Shown here: positions 13,601-25,600 of the stretch, one piece after another
Position numbering within the stretch: position 1 is the first letter of the stretch
Layout of the letters: every line of letters starts with the position of its first letter
NCBI GenBank assembly: GCA_019358915.1
Contig: JAHHIM010000041.1
Coordinates: 1-32,866, forward strand
Origin: Trichormus sp. ATA11-4-KO1
GTDB taxonomy: Bacteria > Cyanobacteriota > Cyanobacteriia > Cyanobacteriales > Nostocaceae
DNA length: 32,866 nt
Reading direction: 5' to 3'
Made by a program: the position numbers and the translations under genes
The notes under the pieces: model-generated
Told to the model about the DNA's origin: nothing
The model's database searches: none
The model's input: only the letters and a program-made list of their open reading frames with translations

Positions 13601-16600
13601 CACCCCTGACTGTCACTTACAAAGAACCAGATTTACAAATTACTAATCTTGTCCTTCCAGAAACATCGCCCACATCTGGTCAAACGATTTCAGTTAACTG
13701 GACAGTCAGCAATACAGGCACCCGTGATACCAGAGAAACTTTTTGGTACGATCGCCTTTACCTCTCGCGCGATGAGTCTTTAGACTTCAATGATACATTA
13801 CTAGGAGAGTTTACTCGTCGTGGCGGCTTACAGCAGGGTCAATCTTACGCGGGAAGTAGTGAAATTACTCTACCAGATGGCATTGCAGGTAACTTTTATC
13901 TGCTGGTATTTACAGACTCAAACGTTAGTCAGGGATACAGCAAACTTAGCTTTGAGGGCAACCCGACCTTGGCGCGCGTACCTGAATTCCAGGACGAAGG
14001 CAACAATATCATTGCCGCACCTTTGACAGTTACCTTGCAACCGCCACCAGATTTGCAAGTAACTTCAGTCCGTATTCCCGAACGCGCCACCACCGGACAA
14101 ACCTTCAATTTGGAGTACACCGTAGAAAACAAAGGTAGTGGCAATACACCCAGCAGACAAAATCGCTGGAACGATTTAATTTACCTATCAAGAGATGAAT
14201 TTTTAGACCTGCAAAGCGATCGCTATTTGGGCTATACAGAACATACTGATGGTTTAAATGCTGGCAGTAGCTATACAGTTAATAAAACTCTCCAACTGCC
14301 CAATGACCTAACTGGTTCCTACTACGTCTTTGTGATTACCGATGCACCTCAAAACAATGTCCGGGGTCATGTATTTGAAGGCAATAACGAAGGCAATAAT
14401 GCTCAACCTAGCGCTCAACCCTTAATTTTACAACTGCCACCGCCAGCAGATTTACAAGTAGACGAAATTACCATTCCTGCTACTGCTAAGTCTGGCGACT
14501 CTATCCAAATTAGCTGGAAAGTGACCAATTACGGTGACAATCCAGCCACGGGACAGTGGAGTGATGCAGTTTATTTGTCAGAAGATGCAATCTGGGATAT
14601 TAATGACCGTGCCATCGGTCGCGTTTCCTATAGCGGCATCTTAGCTACTGACGCTGCTTACACTTCAACACTGACAGCAAATTTACCACCAGCAACTCCT
14701 GGACAATATCGCATTATTGTTAGACCAGATATCTTCAATCAAGTTTACGAAGCCGAGAACGAGGCAAACAACCGCACCACATCTGCCGACCCCCTCAATG
14801 TTACCGTCGAGCAGTTACAGTTAGGTGTGCCTTTCAATACAATACTTAACACTGGTCAAGAAAGACTGTTCCAAATTAATCTCCAAGCTGGTCAAACGCT
14901 GCGTATAAACACCACTTCATCTGCCACTGATGCGGCAAACGAAGTGTTCGTCCGCTTCCAGTCTGCACCTACCAGTATTATTTATGACGCTGCTTACACA
15001 GGAGAATTAGGGGCAAACCAGTCTGTCGTTATTCCTACCACTAAATCAGGCACTTATTACGTTCTAGTGCGTGGTTACTCCCAACCCAGCAATAACACTC
15101 CCATCAGCCTACTAGCTGATGTTCTGCCCTTTGGTATTACCGATGCGATCGCCGACCGTGGCGGTGACAGTCGCTACGTTACCACCAATATTTTAGGAGC
15201 GCAGTTCCAGCCGGGAGCAATTGTCAAGTTGGTGAGACCGGGAATTGCCGAGTATATTCCAGTCAAGTCACAGGTCATCAACAGTACAAAAATCACTGCC
15301 ATTTTTGACTTGACCAACGCACCCCACGGTCTTTATGACGTAAAAGTGATCAACCCAGATGGTAGAGAAGCAATTTTACCCTACCGTTATTTGGTAGAAC
15401 GGGCAATTGAACCGGATGTGACTGTCGGTTTGGGTGGTCCCAGCGTCTTGGCACCAGGAGATTTTGGCACGTATGGCGTGTCTGTACAAAGTTTGACTAA
15501 CATTGACACGCCCTACGTGCATTTCTCTATTGGTACACCTGAATTGGGGATAAACTCAGATGTCTTCAACCTCCCCTACACGGAATTTAGCTCCAATCTG
15601 CGGGGTAATCCAGAGGGTGTTTTATCAGACGTGCCTTGGGCTAGTCTGATCTCTGATGTCAATACTAATGGCGAAATTATCGCCCCTGGTTACGTCCTCG
15701 ACTTGCCCAATGCCGGATTTGTCGGTCGCACATTTAACGTCCAAACTTACCCAGGACTGCAAGCGGAACTCGCAAAAGATTCCAAAGCTTTAGAGGATGT
15801 TCCCGACGATGCTATTGCTTTCAGGTTCCATATCTTGGCAACAGCGACAGCAATGACTCGTGATGAATTTGTCCAAGAACAAACACAACAAGCACTCTTG
15901 CTGCGGAACGCTATCCTCAAAGACCAAACTGCATCCCCAGCTTTAACTGTACTGATAGCAGATGCTAACACTTGGACTAATGCTTACTTAGCAGCATTGG
16001 AAGAAGCAGGATTGTTGCGGAAAGAAGACGAAGCGCCGACTATCCGCGAAAATCCCCAAGTTATTAGCTTAATGGCAACCCTCGCCACTGGGCTGTTACT
16101 TGGTCCGGCTGGCAATGAAATTATCTCCAATGGCAATCTGGTCAGTTTCTTTGAACAAATTCGCAAATGGTACGGTCACAACCCCAGCTTGAGGGGACAG
16201 GAATTGCCTCCTGACCCGCAACAATTTGATTTAGGACTGTCGCACACAACTCACGTTCAATCATTTAACGTTTACGTTCCCTTTGGGGACGCTAGGGTTG
16301 ACCTACCCCAAGGTGCTTCCGTACCGCCACCTAATTTCGCCAGCTTCTTTAATGCAGCAGGAACCACAAACAACCTCGCTACCCTGACAGGTCCAGTAGG
16401 TTTTGGTGCAGAAAATATTGTACCTTTGGGTGCGGCACTACCCTACACCATCCGCTTTGAAAATGCTGCCACAGCCTCAACTGCTGTTGGTGAAGTGCGA
16501 ATTGTCACCCAACTTGACTCCGACCTCGACCCACGTAACTTCCAGTTAGGAGGTTTGCGTTTGGGTGATATCCAAGTTCATATTCCCGCAGGACGTGCTA

Positions 16601-19600
16601 CTTTCTCTGGTGACTTTGACTTTATTCGCAGCAAGGGATTTATCCTCAGAGTCAGTGCTGGGCTAGATGTGATATCTAACACTGCCACCTGGCTGATCCA
16701 GGCAATTGACCCCAATACTGGGGAGGTAATGCAAAACCCGAATATTGGTCTGTTACCACCCAATAATGCCAATGGGGTGGGCAGTGGTTTTGTTACCTAC
16801 AGCGTACTTCCTTTCGCTGGCAGTGCTACTGGTACGGAAATCACCACCGAAGCGCGAGTAATCTTCAACACCGCCGCGCCAATGGATACAGCACAGGTGA
16901 CTAACATCATTGATGGTGTTGCCCCGACTACGGCATTAACTGTTACACCTTTAGTGGCAGGTGGTTCTGACTACTTGGTGAACTGGACAGCAACTGATGA
17001 TACCGCAGGTGCAGGAGTTAAACACGTAACCGTGTATGTAGCAGAAGACGGTGGTGACTTCAAGATTTGGCAGCAGCAGACTACGGAAACTTCTGCTGTT
17101 TACAGTGGTCGTGCCGGACACACCTACGAATTTTTGGCACTGGCAACAGATCATGCAGGGAATAGGGAACAACCAGGACTGGGTATTAGCGCACCTAGCG
17201 ACGGCTTCCAAGTGAATTTGGGTACATTACCAACAGTGGAAAAGACTACTCAACCGGATTTGGGTACTCTCCCCGCACCCAAGCCAGAACCATCTACTAA
17301 TCAACTGTTTTTAGAAGCAAAACAAGGCATTCCTGCCGTCGCACCCGCTACAAACCCATCCGAATTTAAGAGCGTTCTCCGTCCTTTCACTGCTGCTGCT
17401 TTTGCTACAGGCATTCCCACCAGCCACGCTAATATCGCTCCCTTGGCAATTACAGTCCTTGAGGATGGTTCGGTCTTAGCTAGCGGCGGTGCAAACCGTG
17501 GTTCATTGTACCGCTTTGATAAGGATGGGGAGATAGGAGGAGGGGGAGATAGGGGGCAAAATTCCCCCACTCCTATTGCTACCCTAGAACATCCTATCTT
17601 CGACCTTGCCCTAGATAATAACGCTACTCTTTGGGCAACTACAGGCGGCGGTCCCTTACTGCAACTTGATTTACAAACTGGCAAAGTTGTCAAGCAGTAC
17701 GGTAATAGTATTACTCAAGCACTGGCAATACAGTCAGAAACGGGACTAATTTACGTTTCTTCTGGCAAAGGCATTGAAATCTTCAATCCCCAAACCGAAA
17801 CTTTCACCCATTATAGTGACTTGCGGGTAGACAGTTTGGCATTTGCACCAGATGGTCAACTGTGGGCGACTACCTGGCCAGAACGTGGAGATATTGTCCG
17901 CTTTGATGAGCAAGGCAAAGCCCAACGGATGCTTTCTTTTGATAGTCCTGTTGATTCTATCGCCTTTGGCATGAAGGGAACTCATCTGGAAGGGCTGTTG
18001 TTTGTCTCGAATAACAACGGCAACCTAGTAATGGTTGACTTGGCAACCTTGCAGCAAGTCACTGTAGCGTCGGGTGGTAGCAGGGGTGAAAATATCACGA
18101 CTACAGCAGATGGTCGCGTTTTACTCAGTCAGTCCCATCAAATTGATGTATTTAGTCCCCTTGTCGCGCCCCAAGTCAAAGCGACTAATCCACCCCCTGA
18201 TGCTATTGTTGCATTGCCGCAGGGTACAATTAGCATCACCTTTGACTCTGATATGTTCATTGGTGCGGCTAACGACACCGCTTCAGTTCTGAATCCAGCC
18301 AACTTTGAGTTGGTCAGTGCTAGTGATAGATTTACACCACAGTCAGTCCGCTATGATGCTCAAACCCTCACTGTACTGTTGGATTTCAATACTATTACCC
18401 CTGACCATTACGAACTGCGGGTATCCCAGAACCTTAAGAGTATTGCTGGGGCGGAACTGATTGGGGGTTACAAAGAGCAGTTTACAGCCATTTCTGATTT
18501 CTCAGCCCTGGTAGACTTCCAATTTAACAATGCTCGTTCCCACCGCGCTAACGAGACAATTTCCTACGATGTCACTCTCAAGAGTAAAGCTGACTCTGAC
18601 TTACTGCTACCAGTCATGCTGGTGCTTGACCCGTCCCAGTATTTTACGGGTGTACCAACAGGTGCGACACGTAATCCGACTGGTGCATACATGATAGATT
18701 TGCGGGACAATTTACCTGAAGGTGTTCTCAAAAGAGGTCAATCTACGACTTCACGTACCATCACCGTTTACAACCCGGATGCGTTGCGGGTGGAATTTAC
18801 CCCTGGTATATATGCGCTACCTTACCCGAATCAAGCTCCTATTGTCACTTCTGCCCCAGTTTTAACAGCTTATTCTGGTCAATCATACACTTACCAAGTA
18901 GCAGCTAATGATCCTGATGGTGCTGTGCTGGGGTATTTACTGTATGATGCACCCCAAGGGATGAAGATTGACAGCAATGGTTTAATTACATGGACACCAA
19001 CACAATTAAGCCCTGCTAGCAGTAACGTTACATTGCAAGTATATGACCTACGCGGTGCTAAGACAACGCAGACTTTTAGTTTAAATGTTGTAGGTGGCAA
19101 CCACAAACCTGTATTTAATACCCCTGTTGTCAGTGGTGGGACAGTAGAGGAGGGGAATTTCTCTTCTAATTCCGCTACTGGGATGACAGTTCGTGGTGCC
19201 GAAGGTAAAACATTACAAATCAAGGTTGCGGCTACAGACGCAGATCAAGATAAACTTATCTATTGGGCTGATAATCTTCCAGGTAGTGCGGTATTTGACC
19301 TCAGCACGGGTATTCTTACTTGGACTCCTAGCTACACTGCTGCTGGTACATATGAAAATGTACAGTTCATTGTTAGCGATGGTATAGAAAGAGTAACGCA
19401 AACTGCAACTATCCTGATTGCGCCTACCAACCAAGCACCTACTTTCACACGTCCTGCTGACCGCATAGTTAGAGAAGGTGAGAAGGTCCGCATTCAACTG
19501 CAAGCCACCGATGCAGATATAACAGATGCTGTTTCCTCCCTCTCTCCCTCTCTCCTCACCTACAACAGCAATCTCCTCCCTGGCGGTGCAAATCTTGACC

Positions 19601-22600
19601 CGCGCACCGGATTATTTGAATGGACACCAGCCTACTTCCAAGCAGGGGAGTTTGAAATTCCTTTTACTGTGAGTGATGGTGAATCAATTACTACACAAAT
19701 TACTAAGATTACCGTCCTCAATGTCAATGCTGCACCTGTCTTCGATAATCTCGGTACTTGGCAAGTGCAAGAAGGACAAGAAGTTCGCTTCCGCGCCTTT
19801 GCTTTTGACCCAGATAACCCCGGCTTCGTACCCCAAGACCGCAATGCTGATGGTCAGTTAACTATTCTTGAAGGTAGCGATCCATCTGTTACTTATACTG
19901 TCTCAGGTTTGCCGGATGGTGCTACTTTCGATCCAGTAACGGCGATGTTTATCTGGACACCAGGGTATGCCAGTACTGGGACATACAATGTCGCTTTTAC
20001 CGCCACTGATGATGGCAATGGTACTCCGACGAGCAAATCTGCCGAGGTTACTGTACCAATTTCTGTTCTCAATAGCAACCGTGCGCCGCAAATTAGCGAA
20101 TTTACCAACATTACCCTGAACCGGGGTGAGGTACAGGAATTAATAATCAGGGTAACTGATGCTGATAATGACCCATTGGTGTTGCAACTCCAACCAGAGT
20201 CTACAGGATACAATATTCCTGATTTTGTTAGATTTACCGATAATGGTGATGGGACAGCTACTTTACGTTTAACTCCAAGTGCTAATGATGGTGGTGATTA
20301 TTCCTTCACTCTCACCGCATCTTCTGATAACGGTAATGGCGGTGGTGCAAATGCTATTCATTCTGATGAATATACCTTTATAGTCACGGTAAATGCACCC
20401 AATGACCCGCCGAAATTACCCTTCATTGGTAATAAGGTTGCAGTTGTGGGTGACACTTTAGAATTTCTTGTCAAAGCCAGCGATCGCAATCAAGACAATT
20501 TAAGCTTTAATTTGAGTGGTCTACCTGCGGATGCTATCCTTACCCCCACTGCTATTTATGGGGAAGCTTTGTTCCAATGGACACCAACAGTCGCTGCTAT
20601 CGGTACATATCCTGTGACGATAGCAGCGACTGATAGTGGTAATGGTCATCCTAGTGAAATCCTGAGCAGCCAGCAAGAGTTTAACTTAGTTGTTCGCACC
20701 TCTAACACTGCACCGACACTTTCTACAATTGCTAATTCCTCTGTAGCTGAAGGGCAGACTTTGAGCTTAGTCTTCTCCAGCACTGATGCTGATGGCGACA
20801 GCATTTCTTATTCTGCATCTAACTTACCCCCTGGCGCGGTACTTGACCCAGTACAAGGAATACTGACTTGGACACCTAATTCATCACAAGCAGGAATTTA
20901 CAATAACATTTCCTTGATTGCTAGTGATGGCAATAAGAGCAGTTCTCAAAGCTTGGCAATTCTGGTCAACAATACTAACCAAGCACCTGTACTAGCACCG
21001 TTACCTATTCAAACAGGACAAGAAAACAACCTCGTCCAGTTTACCTTGACAGCAGGAGACATTGATAATGATTCATTAATATATTCCGCAGTTTCACCTC
21101 TACCAACAGGTGCTGTTTTTGACGCGCGTACAGGTCAATTTACCTGGAAGCCAAACTACGAACAGGCAGGTGAATATGTATTAAAATTTGCGGTAACTGA
21201 TGCCCAAGGTGCGAGTGATGTGCGTGATGTGACTCTGCGGGTGAGCAATGTCAACCGCAATCCAGCTATCTCTGTATCAAACCATGCAGTAGCCCTGGGT
21301 GAAACACTGCGATTTACAGTTGTTGGTACTGACCCAGATAATGGGACAAATCTTACCTACAGTGCCGTTGATTTACCAGATGGTGCAATACTAGATGCGG
21401 CGACAGGACAGTTTACTTGGACACCCAGCCCCGGACAAGTGGGTGATTATACTATTACCTATACGGTTGCGGATGGCGAGGTCACAGTAACGCAGACATC
21501 CCTTGTGCGTGTTGCTGTTGCACCAACACCACCAACTGTGACCCTTGACCTCACGCCTTCTTTCCCCGCAGTTCCCGGACAAAAGGTCATAGTACAGACT
21601 CTTGCTTCTGGTTTGGCTGAAATTACCAATTTAACTGCTACGGTTGATGGCAAAGCTGTAACTGTTGATAGTCAAGGCAGAATTGAGTTTGTACCAACTA
21701 TTCCTGGTCGCCTAATTGTTGATGTTATCGCAACAGATGCAGATGGTCGCGTTGGTTATAACAGTACTGTAGTGAAGGTGCGTGATCCAGAAGACCAAGA
21801 TGCACCCATTGTGGCATTTGCGGCTGGGTTGGATGGAGCAAAACTGACGGCGGTTACTGACATTATTGCCAGTGTTAATGATAGTAACTTAGATAACTGG
21901 GTGCTGGAAATTGCTGATTTTGGTGAAGAAGCGTACAGGACTTTGGCTAGTGGTAATGGTGCGGTGAGCGATCGCACTCTCGCTCAATTTGACCCCGCAA
22001 AGCTAGAAAATGGCTTCTACCAGTTGCGGTTACGGGCGACTGATATCAGCGATCGCACCTCTTCAACGCAAGTGGTGGTTGAGGCGAATAGTGCGACTAA
22101 CAAGAGTGCATATGTGCGGAGTGAAACTGATCTTTCAGTGAATTTGGGTGGCAACAACATCAATTTGGTACGTACTTATAGTTCTCTTAACACCTCGGAT
22201 GTTGGTAGCTTTGGCTATGGTTGGCAATTGGCAAATGTAGATACCAATATCCAAACTAATGTACCGTTGACGGGTCGTGAATCATTAGGTGTATACGAAC
22301 CATTCCGTGTGGGAACTCGGTTGTACCTCACTACTCCTACTGGGGAAAGAATTGGATTTACGTTTGCACCCCAGAAACAGACAATTCCTGGTTTAACTTA
22401 TTACACGCCTACTTGGGTAGCAGACTCAGGGGTGAATTATACCCTCTCCTCAGCAGATGCGAAACTGACTTTGGCTGGTAATCGGTTGTATGACCTGAAG
22501 ACTGGTCATGCTTACAATCCAGCTAGTGGAAGCTACGGAGGTGCTGAGTACACACTAACCGCAGCAGATGGTACTGTTTATTACCTGAGTACAAGTCGCG

Positions 22601-25600
22601 GTGTGACTGAGCAAATAGCACCAAATGGTACGCACCTAATTTACAGCGATAGTGGGATTACTGGTTCCACTGGCGAGACGGTGCGTTTTGTTAAGGATGA
22701 TTTAGGCAGATTAACGCAAATTACAGCGCCAGATGGTAGTTTGGTAACTTATACTTATGATGCTCAAGGTAACTTGGTATCAGCCCGTAATCTCGCATCT
22801 GGTGACTCACACCGCTACGGTTATTCTTCCCTCCCTCACTCCCTCCTTACCCTAGCAACAGGAACACCGGGAACACCAGGATCAGCAATTAGCTACTCTA
22901 AAAATACACCGCAAGTATCAACCATCAACGCTGATTTGGGTGGTGCGGTATTGTGGAATGGTAATACTACAAGTTCAGTTGGCAACGAACGCTATACTTT
23001 TAGTTTGCGCAATAGCGAACTCAAGTCTACTGCTACAGGTGTTGTGTTGGTTGGAGTGGATATCACTGGGGGTGGTGTTTCTGTTCTCAATGGTTTGACT
23101 CCGATCTCAGTATCAGGTGGTTATTCACTGTATGCAATTGATCAAGCTGGCTTGAATCTGCTGCAAGTTGCAGGTAATGGCGCGTATGACTGGCAATTGG
23201 CGATCGCGGGAGATGTCAACCGCGATGGTAATGTGGATGGGGTCGATAGTGGATTGTTAGAGGGGGCGATCGCTTCTGGGGTTTACAATACTACCTACGA
23301 CTTCAACCGTGATGGTGTCATCAATGCTACTGATGTGCAGATTCTCGGTAGTAATTATGGGTTTACCGTCAATCGTGCGCCTGTGGTGACGCCAAAACAG
23401 ATATTAACCCATGTTGATTTAAATACTACTGTGGCACTGAATGGGTTAGCGACTGACCCAGAAGGGGATGCGGTGTTCTTCCGCATTGTGGGTGCAGAAA
23501 ATGGCACGGCGAGATTTACGCCTGATGGCAAGTCGGTGTTGTTTACGCCAAATGATGATTACTTCGGCGCGGCTAGTTTTAGCTTGGTTGCAGATGATGG
23601 CTACAGTATGTCTGCACCTGTGAAGGTGGATGTGAATGTTAGTAATGCGGCGTTGGTGAATCTGGACTTTGCACGGCGTGGTTTGCGTTTGGATGCTCTT
23701 GAAAGTGCTGATTTATTAGTAATTGGCGATTTTGCCGACCAACAAAATGTCATACTGCCTTATTCATATTTGCAGTTGGCATCGGATAATTCTGCTGTCG
23801 CCTCAGTATCTCAGGGTGTGGTGACTGGGTTAAGCGATGGTGTGTCAGTGCTGAGTGCTTACAGAGATGGTATTACTGCTGTGACGGCATTGCGTGTGGG
23901 TGAACTGGGTACACCTACGAATCAAACTGAGTTTAATTTGGCATTGGCTGAAACGAATGGATTAAACGTATATCCGCAAGCTGTAACGCTGGTAGAAGGG
24001 GTGAAGCGTCAAATTCTTGTTGGTATCAATGAGGTTCTTGATTCGCCAGATTTGAGGATAGCAACTTCTGGTACTCGTTATTTTGTTAGCAACCCCAATA
24101 TATTGCAGGTAACACCAGATGGGTTAATTACTGCAATAGATGAAGGGGTAGCGTCGGTTACGGTGATTCATGGTGCAACAGAATATGTGCTGCCTGTAAG
24201 CGTAGAAATTCCACATTTGAATTCAGCAGTGCTGGGTAAAGATGGTGGTGCAGTGCAAGCAATTGATGGATCAATGGTCATGGTTGCGCCTGGGGCGTTA
24301 AAAGAAAATGCAACTGTTAGTATAGAAACCGTTAACAAAAACCAACTTGCACTATCAGCTTTAGAAGAAAACTATACATTTACTGGAGCATTTAAGTTAG
24401 ATGTTGGAGAAAGCCAACTTAACATACCCGTACAACTAGCTATTCCAAATACATTTGGAGTAGAGGTTGGCAAAGAAGTATTTTTCATGAGTCAAAGACA
24501 ACTACCTGATGAAAATGGTGTATTACAGCCAGCTTGGTTTATAGAAGAATCAGGAATTGTTGGTGCAGATGGACTAATTCGCACTCAATCACCACCTTGG
24601 AACGGAGTTGTAGAATCCAAAACATACGCGGTAATGGTTCCGAAGTTTTCATATCGTGTTGTGAATGCACAAATTCCAGCTGATTGGATAACTGGTATTG
24701 GTATAGCAGGTATAGCTTTAGCGGTAGGAGGTACATACATTGCAGTTGCTGGAGGTTCTGCTTTGATTGCAGGTGCATCTGTAGTTGGCGGTCTTGGAAT
24801 ACTTGCAAGTCCTTTTATCTTCCCCGATAGATTTGAATCAGCAACAGAGCTGATTGATACAGTCGATGTTGTAACATATCCAGTTATTGAGTTGCCTTAT
24901 ATAACTAAAGCAGGGATTGCTTTAAACCTTGGTCAGTTATCGTCACAATCAAAAGTTCCAATTGCTCAAGTCAAACGACCTACCTCACAACCTCCTTTAG
25001 CTTCAACACCAACTATCGAAAAGTTAGAGGTAGATTTTGATGATAAAGAAGGAGCTTTTATTCGAGTTACTGGTCAAAATTTAAAATCAGTTCCAAAAGA
25101 CACGGAGCTAAATCAGGATAATCAACAATCGACTGACAAATTAGTTTTTGAGTTAGAGTATGGTAACAAAATATATCGACAAAGTGAAGTAGAAACTGCG
25201 GATATTAATAGTATTAGTGAGCAAGTGTTTACTTTCCGCTTACCAAACCATATTCCAGTTAGCGAAGACCTCAAAATTACTGCTATTCGACAGGTTAATC
25301 CTGTGATTGGCCCCCCACAAGAAATCAAAAGCCAGACGCTTTCAGCAATATTCAGTTCTTTTGACCGTGTTATTGCGACAAATCCATTGTCAGGTAATGT
25401 CCAAATCATGAATGCAAAGAACGCTCCAGGGGTTGTTGCGGAGTTTGGTAGTCAAAATCTCTTACTAGCAACTATTCCTTTGGGTCAACAAACGCGACCG
25501 CGCTATTCAGCTGCTTTGGATGATAGAATCTACGTCCCTTTAGAGGGAAATCGTTCCGTTGCTGTCCTAGATGCTTTAGGGTTGCGAGAATTAGATACTA

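Larger units (their letters stand above)
2167..23273. repeat. HIP1 octamers (GCGATCGC), 14 copies
   Basis: Found by eye at 2167, 2236, 6074, 6743, 10495, 11384, 12482, 14216, 15145, 20480, 21968, 22049, 23200 and 23266. Confidence 0.85.

Noticed and set aside
2941..21516. CRISPR array or diversity-generating retroelement repeat pair
   Set aside because: Repeats are diverged protein-domain repeats; no identical short repeats with spacers, no adenine-specific mismatch pair seen and no reverse transcriptase in the window.
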